Source: Reclinomonas americana ATCC 50394
Lineage: Eukaryota
DNA length: 41,780 nt
Assembly (NCBI GenBank): GCA_048213135.1
Contig: PS015017.1
Coordinates: 21,080 to 62,859, forward strand
Direction: 5' to 3'
Shown: one piece after another, positions 1 to 15,443 of the stretch
Layout: every line of letters begins with the position of its first letter
How positions within the stretch are numbered: the stretch's first letter is position 1
Notes under the pieces: generated by a model
Databases searched by the model: none
The model's input: only the letters and a program-made list of their open reading frames with translations
What the model was told of the DNA's origin: nothing
Program-made: the position numbers and the translations under genes

Positions 1-2843
<2,843 letters not shown>

Positions 2844-2922
2844 GAGAAAAGCAGTAAGACCAATGCAATAACGCGAGTCTGTCTCTCTCTTTAACTCTGT
2901 CTCTCTCTCACACAGGTGGTGC

Positions 2923-3175
2923 ATGAGCAGTGGTGGCGATCGGCAACCACTCCTGCACACCATTACCGCACCAAACACCGCATCAGCTTCGTCTTACGGA
3001 AGTGCGCACATGCAGCGACCACCCTCATCTCCGCGCATTCCCGAGCTCGTCCTCGGCCGCCTTGGAGAAGCAGGAGGAGGAGGGGGAAGAAGAGAGCATG
3101 AGGCAGTACCACCACTGCGTGAGGAAGGCACTGTGGCGTCATCAGCAGCAGCTGACACTGGTGACTGGCATACAA

Positions 3176-3268
<93 letters not shown>

Positions 3269-3404
3269 GACGACGAACGAAGAAGAACGAAGACGGACGA
3301 CGAGACGACGACGACGACGACGACGACGAACGACGAACGAACAACCGAACCTACCTCCTTCNNNNNNNNNNNNNNNNNNNNACGACGACGACGACGACGA
3401 CGAC

Positions 3405-3456
<52 letters not shown>

Positions 3457-4887
3457 AGAGGTACGCCAGAGACAAAGAGGAACGCAGACGGACAGCGAGA
3501 CAGCAGACAGACAGACACCACTCTCTCTCTATCTCTCATGATCTCCGTTGCGTCTGACATTGCTTTTTTTTTTCGTCTCAGTGACAGATGCTGGTCTGAA
3601 GGGCACGCCGACTGGAGGCGAGGATGCTCTCGTGCACCTCGAGTCGATTGATCCGGAGGTGGAGAGGGAGATTGATTCACGGCCAGAGTTGCAGGTGCAG
3701 GAGCCGATTCCGCCGACGCACAGTCACGTGTATCGAGGTGCATCTCTCCTGTCTGCTGTCTGCTGCCTGTGCTCTGTGTCTCACTTGTTTGTTTGTGGTG
3801 CTGTAAGACGCGTTCTGCTGTGGTGGATTGTGCGTCGTGTCGTGTCGTGTTGTTTTTTTCCCTTCCATGCTCGTGCGCTCACTTGCGTGTCGCAGTTGTG
3901 AGAAGGAGTGCTCTTGCGGGTGCGTGCGGACGTTTGTGTTGACCATCATTCTCTTTCCGTGCTGTTGTATACCAATCTGTGTGCAAGCGAAATCGTTGCG
4001 CGCTGCTCCCCCTCGCCCCCCTCGCCCTCATCCCCCTCTTTATTCACGCTTCCCTCCGTGCACAGACGACGCGAAGCGCTGCGAGACGAGGCCGAGAGGG
4101 AGAGGATAAGCGACGAACGATACCGCGAGCAGCTCATGCGCCTGCCGGTGGAGAACCGAGAAAAGGAGCGTGAGCGTGAGCGGTTGAAGGAGGTGGCGAG
4201 GGTACGCAAGAGGGCACTGTCGTCGTCGCCAGGCTCGCCCGTTTTTGAGGTTTGGTTGGAGCGAGTGGGCTTCGTGCTCTGTTTTCCTTCCCCCAGAGTC
4301 ATGACGCGCTGTTCGGAAAAAAACTAGGATAAGCGTGTGGCGACGGTGCCGATGGGAGTGACCACGCCGAGTACCATGGCAAATCCGGATGCGTTTGTGT
4401 TGCGCGCACCATCGGCAGGCCAGGCGGAGCTGGCCATGAGAACAGGGGCGGTGCGTGTTCGAAAACCAGGGAGTGATGCGTCCACCTCCCTTCTCATGCT
4501 CTTTCTTCCCGCTGCAGGTTCCAGAGGAAGAGTGGGTGGAGGAATCGTTGGCGCCACCCAAGGCGATCATCGAGTTCCAGCTGCGCGGGCGGAACGTAAA
4601 CTTCAGCGTGCCCTCGAAGGAATGCGTTGTGGTCGACTGTGTGTCGGTGAGTCCCGCACCAGGGGAGGCCACTGCCTTCTTTTCACTCACTCACTCACTC
4701 CCCCACCCCGCAGGACCTCTACGAGCACGTCCAGCTGACGCTCATCGCGCATGAACGATTCAACTTTGAAATGTTCTACCGGCGCGCCGACGGCCACGTC
4801 GAGTCGCTCTTTGATCACCGGCAGGCCACCGTTGTCGGTTTCCTCGGTCAGGGAGTGCAGACCGTGTTTGTGGAGATCGCAGACTGA
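2923..4887 (+). CDS. Hypothetical multi-exon protein (charged coiled-coil middle, small globular C-terminal domain)
   Basis: GT-AG-bounded segments read MSSGGDRQPLL..., VTDAGLKG...QEPIPP, RREALRDEAERERISDERYREQL..., VPEEEWVEESLAPPKAIIEFQLRG... and DLYEHVQLTLIAHERFNFEMFY...VFVEIAD* (TGA 4885-4887). Some internal junctions and the start are uncertain, and there is a gap in intron 1. Confidence 0.6.
3179..3266. repeat. Compound (CA)n(GA)n microsatellite
   Basis: Read directly from the sequence. Similar tracts lie at 2764-2810, 3408-3452, 14606-14668 and 20618-20694. Confidence 0.95.
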
Positions 4888-4964
4888 GCAGAAAAAAGGC
4901 GGGCGGAGGAGAGACAATGAAGAACGAAACATGTGTGCTTGAATATTCATTTTGCATCTCTCTC

Positions 4965-6612
4965 ATGGACGAGCAGGAGGAGGGGCCGTCGTCCTCATCG
5001 GCGTTCTCGTCAGAGGCCTTGAGAGAACGACTGGAGGCCTTTTGCAGACAGCACGACATTGATCCGCGAGTGTACTTTGAGGCCCCTGCAGAGCTCCCAC
5101 GATACTTTCGGTGAGAGACAAGCATGCATGCCCTCTCTCTGTGTGTGTGGTCTCTCTCTCTTTGACACACGCGTGCAGAGCGACACTGCGTGATCGTCTT
5201 CTCGACGCCCAAGGCGGATCATCGCATGTGAGTGACTGATGCCACCCTCGTCATCATCTTCAGTCACTCTCATTGTCTCTCTCTGTGCAGTCGGCGCTGT
5301 CGAGAGAGTGGCTATGTGAGCAGTTGAACACAGCAACTGTGCAGGAGGTGCCGTGGTTGCCCACATTCTTCCAGTGCGACGCTGATGTGAAGCTGGCTGG
5401 AGTGCCATTGTACGCAACCTCTTGTCACCCTCCTCTACTTCCCTCATACACCCCTCACGCCATGCCCTTTCTCTCACCAGATACACCACTGGCACTCTGT
5501 TTGGCATGGACGCGGCCTCGGCGTTTGCAGTCTGCACGCTGGATCCGCAGCCAGGCGAGTCGGTGCTGGACCTGTGCTGTGCGCCAGGCGCCAAGCTGTG
5601 CCTCATGGCGGAACTCATGCACAATCGCGGTCGCGTGGTCGGCGTTGACGTGGATCAGCCGCGGCTGCTGTCGTGTCGCAGTGTACTGCGCAAGTATCGA
5701 CTGGGAGCACGACCGCCGGTGCGCGTGAGAGGTCACACGAGAGAGGTGTCGCGTCGTCAGCGACGCAAGCGGCTGCGTGAGGAGGAGGAAGAGGCGCTGT
5801 TTGTCACGGTGGGAGCGTCGTCGTCTGCTGTGGTGGAGGAGGAAGAGCAAAAGGCAGAGGCGGGTGAGCTGGTGCCGGATCCGGATGGTGGTATTGTGCA
5901 GTTGGCTCTGGCCGACGGCACCACCTTTTGGGAGGCCGAGGGCGATGGAGCGCGGCAGTATGACCGGTGGGCGAAGTGAGGAGCGATATTTGTTGCTGCG
6001 ACACACAAGCACTCATTCGCCCCACTCCTGCAGAGTGCTGGTCGACGCGCAGTGCACACACGACGGCTCTCTGCGACACGTGCAGAAATCTGCAGAGACC
6101 AAGGGCATGGAGCACCTGGAGCAGCGTGTGATTGGTGAGAGTGTGGTGGAGGAGACCGTGCAGCTGCAGCGCCGCCTGCTCGATAATGGTTTCCGACTCA
6201 CGCGACCGGGAGGCGTGCTGGTGTACAGCACGTGCAGTCTCACTCGCGTGCAAAACGAAGGTTTTTTGTTGGTGGTGTTCCGCGACTATTCTCTTCATCG
6301 CTCACACACAGACACACAGGTGTCGTGGAGTGGATCCTGCAGCAGCACGCCGACGAGCTGGTGCTGGAGGATGCATCGGTGGAGTTTTCGAGAAGTGCGG
6401 CACTCCGGCTGCTTCGTGAAGTGCAGGTGGCATCGATGCAGAGCGCGGCTGCCGAGCCTGCGCCACCGCCACCACCGCCACCATGTCCACCACCATGTCT
6501 GGCTGGCACACTGCCGGGTACAGTGCGCTTTGATCCGCTGCATTCTCGGACCAGTGGACTGTTTGTGGCTCGGCTCCGACGACTGCCAACAGCAGCGGAT
6601 GCAGAGCGGTGA
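4965..6612 (+). CDS. NOL1/NOP2/Sun-family RNA cytosine-5 methyltransferase (6 exons)
   Basis: Motifs are GMDAASAFAV, VLDLCCAPGAK (SAM motif I), RVLVDAQCTHDG (motif IV), GGVLVYSTCSLTRVQNE (motif VI) and SGLFVARLRR. All junctions are phase-consistent GT-AG (5111, 5229, 5410, 5967, 6262). Confidence 0.92.
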
Positions 6613-6819
6613 CATCCTCTCCCTATTGCGTGTTTTGCGCGATATCAGATCGATGCCACAACTGCTGGCCGGTCATTCCGGGTCTGATGCGCGAGAGCCA
6701 TGTCTGACCTGGAGCTCTTCAAAAGAGCGAGTTCGCGACGCAAGTCGTCGTACGGACGTACGTAAACAAACCACACACACACACTACTTCATCATCATTA
6801 TTCCGTTTCCCCGCCACTC

Positions 6820-9800
6820 TCATGGAACCGCCGCCTCTCCACTCGCTGCTCCACCACTCACAACACTCACTTCCTCTGGTGCCGGCGGGTCTAGTTGCGT
6901 CGGATCGAAGCCACTGCGCTCAGCGAGTAATCTCAGCTGGCGCTGAATGCGACGAATGGCCTCGAGTCCGCTCATCTGGATCGACACCGTCTTTGCGGGG
7001 TTCGACTTGTTTTGCGGGAAATCGGGATTCACCCGAATGAGCACCACATCGAGGCCGCTCTTGGCGCCGGCACGCACCAGTCGTTCTGAGTTGTCGCGCA
7101 CAGTGGGAACCTGCACGAAGCGCGCACAAGGGGGCATGAGAAGATGAGGAAAAGGCGATGCAGGGACGGATGAGACGCACCCGAATTCCACATCCGAGCT
7201 CCAAGATCACCAACTTGCGCTTCTTGTTCACCAACATCAGCTCGCGCACCGTCTTCTCCCACTTGCTGTAGTGCTTTCGCGGCACTTCCACCCACTCGCC
7301 GTCGTCAAACATGAGAATGTCTAACGCAACAAACAGTCAGCACCACGACAATCACAAGCGCTCCTGCGTGTCACATAGCACGTCCACTCAACTTGGTCTG
7401 GCTGGCCGACTGCATCGCGGGCATCGCGGATGATTCTCCGGAGCCAGAGTGGTCGGTGCGGCAAACGGCCCCACCGCCACCACCGACGCCTCGTCCTCAC
7501 TGTCGACTCCGCTGACCGCCAGTGACATGTCGGAGCGAGCCGACGACAGCTGCGAATCTGCATCGCTATCGGCGGCAGCGGTTGTCGTAGTTGTCGTCGT
7601 CCCGCCGCTCCGACTGGCCCACAGACTGTCGGCACCGGCGACAGCGGCGGCGGCTGGTGGCTTGCCGGCTTCCGCACGACCGCGCAGCACATCGAGAGAC
7701 ACCGACAGTCGGATGCTCTCCACCGCATACCGCTCCGACACTACCACGCCACTGGCGAGGTTGGCCGGCGCGTACGGCACACTCGACAGAACCGACGAAG
7801 CGTGTGGTCTCGACAGTGCCGACGCATCCAACAGCAGCGGCGCACTGCGCAGTGCCTCTGTGCCTCGCTGACGCAACAGACTGCCTGTCGCTCCGCCGCT
7901 GATGGCGTGAATCGAGGGCGGAGGTGCTGGCTTCGCCTCGGCCTTGCGCAACCGCAGCGTGACGGAGCTGCCGCCGGCAGTGTACGCGGCTTGGTCGATG
8001 CGGCGGAACGGGTTGCCGACTGGCACCGTGAACTCGCCACGCACCGTCCACAGACAAGAGGACGAGGGACACAAGTGCGGTGCGTTCGTGGGTGAAGAGC
8101 CCTGCGGTGTCGAGTACAACGCCAGTTCGATGACGCTGGCAGAGGGCAGTAGCATGTCGGTGCCCACTGTTCTACTGCTCGACGACGACGACTGGTGGTC
8201 GCGGTCGCCGTCGGGTGAGCGGGAACGCGAACGACCAATACCACCACTACGCTGCTGCGGTGATCCGTCCACTGTGAGCGAGTGGGAGCCAGGGACCAAG
8301 TGGTGCCCGGTGGAGGAACCGGTGCCGTATCGCTGATCGAGTATGTCCTGAATCGACGAGTGTGTCCCAGAGAGATGCCGCGGTTGATTCGGGTAGTGGT
8401 GATGATGCTGCTGGTGGTGATGCTGGTGATGGCGATGGTCGCCACTTACAGACGCACCCAGAGTGCCTTGCAGATCGATTTCCACCTGACGCCACAAGGT
8501 AAATAGCAGCGGGGGGGAGGAGCAAAAAAAGGAAGAGTGGATGCACACCGATTCAAAATCGTCCCCGTCGGTACGCGAAAAGTCCAGCGAGCGCACCACC
8601 ACCTGAAACGCTCGCGGTTCCTCATCGGTCGTGGCCAGCGAGGCCAGCGACGAACTGCTACGTGACCGCGCATGTGCTGTGCGTGGTCTGGCCGGGTGTA
8701 ATCTGAGCACGAGGCAATAGGAACGGTCGTGTGGTGCGAGAGAGGGGAGTGGTGCCGCCGGTCGCATCGGAAGCGGTGACACGGCCAGCATGCGGAAATG
8801 CACTTCGGTGAAATCTGCGACACCAGCAAAAGGTTCAGTTGCATGCACTTGTGTTTTACGATGCGCGTGTCGCCGCCACGCAACTCTCCAGCGTTAGATG
8901 GAGGCAGTCGGCGAGTTTCATCGGCGTCACAGCGATGAATCGTTTTGATTCCGCTGCGTGCCACGAGTCATGGCGCGCCGGTGAATCCACCAAGCTCAAT
9001 GCCGACATGGCGCCGGTCAGCGACTGCATGGCCGGCGGCAACAACTGGGCGCTCTTCGACGGGTGATGCAGGGTGACCACGTGAGCCGATGGCTGCACAC
9101 ACGAGATGAGCACGCGATTTGTGGACGACGCAAACCACTGCTGCTGCGAGTCACGCAACTGGACGTGGGGCGGGGTGCTGACGACGCGCGGTCAGTTGCG
9201 CTCGTTGATGGTGTGCGACACGCGGAGCACGCATGGTGTCTTCGTTGACTTCGAACTGGAAGTTGGGCGGTAACCTCCACGTGGTCGCACAGCACGGCAT
9301 GCAGCACTGCCACATCTCCGAGTTGCCATGAATCTCCAACAGTGTGGCAGGGTCGAATCCGCAGCGCCGAAAGAACGCATCCACATTCGAGGTAAAAACG
9401 AAAAATGGAGAAATCGGGTCGGGGATCCACTCGGCCGGCGACTGCGTGTCGGTCAGACGCGCCGCCGATCGTGACCGCACCGCACTGACACCACTGCCAT
9501 TGGCGACCGTATTCGGTCGCGCCACACTGGCCGCCGTCGATGTCGCACGAGGGCCGGCCACAGACCGCGGCGGCGTTCTCCGATAGCTTGTGGAGGCGCG
9601 CGAGATACCACGCACACTCTGGCTCGCCCGCCGTCGCACATACATACTCGACGACTCGTCAAACAGTACAGTGTTCCACTGGCGCAGAATCGCGTATCCC
9701 TCGTGTGGCTTGGCGTCGCGGTAGCTGTTGGCACAGGAGCCCCAGAAGCCTACCATGACACATACATGAGCAGACGACGAAGAAGAAGAAGAAGAAGTGG

Positions 9801-10300
9801 TAGAAAGTGTCACACAGTATACCATAAAAGATCTCGGGGTCGCGACGAATCCACGATGGCTCGCAGAGGTCCGAGTACTCCACACCCATGCGATGATACG
9901 CCGGCACATCCGCAATGTCCTTGTACGTCTTCAGCCCGCTGTCGGCAGAGAAGCCAGCGCCAGCGGAGACCTGGGACGAGGGAAAGGGGAGAAGGATAAG
10001 GGGGGATGGGGGAGATGGGGGAAAGGGGAAAGGAGGAAAGGGTGAGGGAATTGGGGAAGGGGGAGGGGATGAAAGAAAGGGGAAAGGAAAAAGGCGACAG
10101 AGGGGAGAGGAAAGGAAGAAGGACGAGACGAAAGGGAGGAGGAGATGAACGCGAGAAGCAGAGGGAAGATAAGGCCAGTAGGAAAGGAAAGAATTGAACG
10201 ACAGTATGAGCGATGGAGAAAGACGAGAGAGAAAGGAAGAGAACGAAGAGGAAGAGAAACAAAGAAGCGCAGAGTGGCAGATAATGAGTAAAAAGTGGAA

Positions 10301-10364
<64 letters not shown>

Positions 10365-10367
10365 GAG

Positions 10368-10445
<78 letters not shown>

Positions 10446-10567
10446 GAGGAGGAGGAGGAGGAGGAGGAGGAGGAGGAGGAGGAGGAGGAGGAGGAGGAGG
10501 AGGAGGAGGANNNNNNNNNNNNNNNNNNNNCTCTCCTCGTGTGCGTCGTCGAGTCTCAGTGATGAGA

Positions 10568-10604
<37 letters not shown>

Positions 10605-11387
10605 AGGAGGAGGAGGAAGTGAGGGAGGGAAGAGAGGGAGGGAGGTGAGGGAGGGCAGAGAGGGAGGAAGGGGGAGAGGGAAAGGGGGAGAAGGGGGGAA
10701 AGGATTACGGAATGTGAGGGAAAGGGAGAGGGACAGGGAAGGAGGGGGGCAATGAGAGAGGGAGGGGATGAAAGGAAGGGGAAAGGAGAACGGCGACAGA
10801 GGGGAGAGGAAAGGGAGAAGGAGGAGAGGAGATGAACAGAGAGAGAGAGAGAGAAGGGAGAGGACCATAAGAGTGGGAAGGAAGATGACAAAGAGATGAT
10901 GATGATGATGATGATGAGTACGAATTAACAGTGTGGGAGAGAGTGTGTGTGTGAGAGAGAAAGAGACAAGTGAGCGAGCATGCCACGGTGAACACAAGAA
11001 CTACACCGACAAAACATATCGAGTAATCAAACCAATAATGTTAACATAAGAGCTGCTTCCCTCCCTCTCTCTCACACACACTCACACGCACACACACTCA
11101 CGCGCGCCACTCACCAACAGGAAATCCGCACTCCAAATGTGCTCCGCGGCCTCACAAATCACCTCCAAATCATCATCCGCCGACACCGCATCAACCGCAC
11201 TCGCCCCTCCTCTCCCACTGCGCAAAGGATTCTGAGAGACAGTTGATGTTGATGTTGCTCTTCGTGTGGGAGTGGTGCGTCGATTGAGTGAGGAGGAGGA
11301 GGAGGAAGAGGAGGACTTGAGAGTGGGAGACGCGCGGCGAGCAGCAGCAGCAGACGCGGTGGATTGTGCGGGTGCTTTGTCGCTCAT
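6820..11387 (-). CDS. Sir2-family (sirtuin) NAD-dependent deacylase, bacterial-like subtype, with a large internal insertion
   Basis: Motifs are EAAEHIWSADFLL|VSAGAGFSADSGL, FYGFWG..Y...PHEGY, FVFTSNVD, EIHGN..WQCCMPCC, then PRCPRCSRPARP, ILMFDD, VILELGCG..VPTVR and LIRVNP. The ATG is at 11387, with an alternative in-frame ATG at 11507. Confidence 0.88.
10304..10510. repeat. (GA)n/(GGA)n microsatellite inside the ~1.1 kb first intron of the sirtuin
   Basis: Read directly from the sequence. The same intron carries a ~50-nt duplication (gggatgaaag..ggcgacagaggggagaggaaagg at ~10067 and ~10766). Confidence 0.9.
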
Positions 11388-11756
11388 CTCTCTCTCTCGC
11401 GTGCGCGCGGGAGGTGGTGGAGAAGGGAAGACGGAAGACGGGTTAGGTGGTGACGATGAGGAAGGAAGGAGTTTCTTCGGGCGTCCTGCCGTTGGGACGT
11501 GTCGCATCAATCAATCATTCAATCAACGTCGAGCCACGGTTTTCTGTGGTGTTGTATACGTAGTTGGTCTGTTGTGTTGCAAGCTGGCGCTGTGTTTTTA
11601 CTCAATTCTTGACCTCAATACCGTCCGGCGACTCGGTATTGAGAACAGGTCATCTGCGACCAATGATGGTCCATGGCGCCCTTGCATTTTTCACCCTCGG
11701 CCCTTATACTTGGCAGGACGGGGAAGAGGCCAGGGCAAATCTTTGCTGGCCCACGG

Positions 11757-11935
11757 CCTTCAACCACTGTTCGCTCTGACGGGAGATCCAGATCAACAGC
11801 GTTGCTGACCCACCTTCAACACTGACCCGTCAAGATGGCCTAGAATCGTTGCTGATCCTTGACCACTGACCCTCGTGCTCTTCACCTTCGACACTGACCT
11901 GGATGGACGTCCATCCGTGACCTTTGATCACCCTC
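11757..11935. repeat. Short degenerate intergenic repeat
   Basis: Recurring ccttcaaccactg / ccttcaacactgacc / ccttgaccactgacc / ccttcgacactgacc units and two cgttgctga units. Confidence 0.6.
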
Positions 11936-12097
11936 GACTCGTACTCTCCAACGTCGACCCAGGGCGACAAGTGATACTGCATGCCGCAGCGGTATCTTGC
12001 ACTCTACTCACCCGCACGCACTGAGAATTACAATGTTTGCATTCACTGAACCGTGTCGCAGAAAAATTGCTCCGTCAACACACACCCCCGGCCCGCG

Positions 12098-14109
12098 TCA
12101 GGACCTTGGTGGAGGAGCCAGCACGTGCCTCACGCTCTTGGGAACCTGTGCATCATCCATCCATGGTGAGCGTGCGAGCTTGCTTCATCGCCAGCAAGTC
12201 CTAGCATTACTCACCTTGTCTCTGTCGGCCGAGTTGTACGTGTGCAACAGGTCGGTGCTCCCGTACACAGCACGCAACAACAGCTGCTCGTTCTGCAGCA
12301 GGTCGCACACGTGTTCCTTGGCGAGTGGGTGCTCCGAGGCCACCCGCAGACACCGAATGGCGTTGGAGATGCAGTCGTCGCGGTGCTCCTGTTCACTGGC
12401 CGCCTTTACCCGACTGCCCACTCGTCTCACCAGATACTCCACCACGGGCGACAGCACCGCATCGGCAAACTCCGCCGCCGCTGACTTGGCATTCAAATGT
12501 ATCAACTGCCAGAGAAGGTGAGGAATAAACACAGTCATCCACCAAGTGACGCAGACGCAACGATTGTCGACAGCGCGCCCAGTGACGCCCGCTGCAACTC
12601 CATGTGCTTCTCGCCGTGGGTGAGCGCCAGCAACGATGTGCACGCCAGCAGCGCCAGTGTCGGCGACACGGCTGCCACCTCCTTGCCGTTGCTGTCCAAG
12701 CACGCCGTCCACACCATCTCCACCGCCGACAGCGCCAGCTCACAGTCGTTGCTGTCGTAGGCGTACTGCAGGACCCCGACCGCCACCGGTATCGAGTGGT
12801 GCCTGATCATCTCTTCGTGCGCATGTCGCAGACGTGCCAGTCGCTCCAGTGCAGCCAGTAGTCGCATGGCAGCGACGCGGTCAATCAGCGGGAGGCGGAG
12901 GTTGTCGGTAAGGATCTGTGAGAGATGATGGTGAGGACAAGGCGGCGGTTGCGGTGTGTCGGGCGTTGCACGCACCTCAATGGCGCCACCCGAACCACTC
13001 GCACTGTCCGCATACGAGGCCAGCAGCTCGGCGCCCTCCGTGGTCCGTGTTATGTTGTCGAAGAAGAGGGCCAGCGAGCTCTGGAGAGAGTACGAGGAAC
13101 ATGAGGGGTTGTGTTGTGGAAAAAGGAGGGAGTGAAGATTGCAGACCTGATACGAGGCATCGCGCGAGTGTGCAAACGCCGACAGCATCACCGGCACACA
13201 GTCGTGTGCCTTGAATTGCTCCGAGGCGGCAGTCAGCAGCGAAAAGTCGGCGAGTGCTTCGAAGCAGAGCGCGCAGAGGTCGAAGTCGTACCGGTGGTCC
13301 AACTGGCAACAGGGGAAAGGGAGGGGAAGGGATGAGAGAGAAGAAGAAGATAACGAACGGCGCATGCACAGTGACTCGATATTCTCGTGATATAGCACAC
13401 GAGAGAAATGGAGGAGAGGGTTGAGAGGGAAAGGTGAGATTGAGAGGTGACGGTAGGCGCACGTTGTCTCGCTGTCTTGTTGTCACTGCTGAGAGGCAGA
13501 AAGGTGAAGGGCGCACGCACAGCGGCCAGTGCTCTCGTAGTACAGGAAGAAAGAGAGAGACAGAGAGAACGTAAGTGTCACAGAACGTGCAAAGGAAATT
13601 GCAACGCCGTTTCTCTTCACAGATACATGCGTTGTCCGCTCACTCGACACTCTCCAACAGGTATACAAAGTGGCTTCGATATTCTCGATACTGATACACA
13701 ACATGCACACCCCTCTCATCGTGCACAAGCCTAAGAGCGAGAGTGCCACAGAACCAATTCGAACTCGGAAATACACGGAACAACAATTGCAAGACCGTTG
13801 CCCTTCGCACACATGCACTTGCAACACAAGCACAGTTGCCAACTGCGCTTTCTCACTCTCTCAAAAACGAGAGAGACACACTGAACGAGAAAGAGACGAC
13901 AATCACGCCTTCAACATATCGATATTCTTGATATTCTGGTGATACTCATGAACTGTAGCATACACACCCCTCTCACGGTTCACACGTCTTAGAAAGCAAG
14001 TGCCACAGAACCAATTCGACCTCGGAAATACACGGAACAACAATTGCAAGGCCGTTGCCCTTCGCACACACTCATACATGCACAGTTGCTCACTGCATCG
14101 TCTCTCATC

Positions 14110-14147
<38 letters not shown>

Positions 14148-14601
14148 GACGCACCAAGTGAGAAAGAGACAACAAAACACGCAGTTGCCTGTATCTCTCC
14201 CTTTCTTCTCCCCATTTCCCCTTCTCCCCTTCTCCCTTCGCCCTCTCCCTCTCCATCCAACTCACCAACACCGGCACCAACACCTTGACGACTCCCAGCG
14301 CCATCAACCGCAGCTTCTCCTGCGGCTCCCTCGTCAACGTGCACAGTACGCGCATGCCCTTGACCTTCTCCTCCACCTCCACATCCCCGCGCAACAGCAG
14401 CGAGAATGCACGCAGAATGCCCTCCGGCCCGTGTCCCCACGTCATCAAGGAGTCAATCGCCTCCAGCTTGTCGACGAATGTGGGGTCGACATCTGTGAGA
14501 GAGAAGAAGAAGAGGGAGAGTGAGTGTGAGAGGCGAAGGGAGGGAGAGAGAAGAAGAAGAGGGAGAGAGAGAGTGTGTAAGAGGCGAAGGGAGGAGAGAG
14601 A

Positions 14602-14669
<68 letters not shown>

Positions 14670-14980
14670 GACGNNNNNNNNNNNNNNNNNNNNNNNNNNN
14701 NNNNNNNNNNNNNNNNNNNNNNNNNNNNNNNNNNNNNNNNNNNNNNNNNNNNNNNNNNNNNNNNNNNNNNNNNNNNNNNNNNNNNNNNNNNNNNNNNNNN
14801 NNNNNNNNNNNNNNNNNNNNNNNNNNNNNNNNNNNNNNNNNNNNNNNNNNNNNNNNNNNNNNNNNNNNNNNNNNNATTCAGGCTACAAGAGGAGAGGCAC
14901 AACGCGGTGTCTGCAAAGGGAAGGCCGCGATGGACGAGCGAGAGGCGATCGTGTTTAGTTGTGATAACGCCTCTGTCCAT
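12098..14980 (-). CDS. Armadillo-repeat protein, resembling radial spoke head protein RSPH14/RSP8
   Basis: All-helical spliced exons read DVDPTF...TWGHGPEGILRAFSLLL...EKVKGMRVLCTLTREPQEKLRLMALGVVK, DLCALCFEALADFS, ELQRASLGALSTI and ISNAIRCLRVASEHPLAK, with TGA at 12098-12100. The putative first exon MDRGVITTKHDRLSLVHRGLPFAD (ATG 14980) lies across a gap. The family call is from recalled similarity. Confidence 0.6.
13670..14100. repeat. Intronic direct duplication (~257-nt offset)
   Basis: The 70-nt core gtgccacagaaccaattcga..cccttcgcacaca at 13743-13812 and 14000-14069 differs at only 2 positions. The flanks are more diverged, and a third decayed copy lies near 13575-13630. Confidence 0.9.
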
Positions 14981-15443
14981 TGGCTGGCCGGATGGATGGA
15001 AAAGCAATGCACCAATTCTCTTGTTGTGGCTCGGCAACTGCGATTCGTTCCTCGGCAAACGAGTGAGTTGAGGGCTGTCTTGACGAGCATGCATACGAAG
15101 CAACGGCAAAGGGAATGCATGTGTTCGAATTCGATATCGATTGGTGACAAATCGAATACTTCTTTCGGCCGAGTCCTTGTTGGCATCTCTCACCAAGACA
15201 TGCCAGCTGTGCACAAGGAAGCAAGCAACATAACCAATCCCAACCATGGCCATTCCGAAATCGTTGAAAGTCTTCATGGCGATGATTTGCAGCTTGCTAC
15301 AAGTTCGCAAACGACAACCACTCGGAATGCAGGAAGCAGCCGAGAACTGTCGTCATCGCCACCGAGTCAGAGACCACCACAACGGAGATCTCGTCGCTCC
15401 TCCTCGCAAAACAAACAATTTCCTTCATTGTGTACACAACCAA

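Noticed and set aside
3267-3410. (GAC)n/(ACGA)n tracts, also at 20695-20758
   Set aside because: They follow long (GA)n runs next to gaps and are probably sequencing artefacts.
9151-9153. In-frame TGA in the sirtuin (recoding or alternative genetic code)
   Set aside because: Ordinary short GT-AG introns shift or remove it, and other genes here use TAA, TAG and TGA as normal stops.
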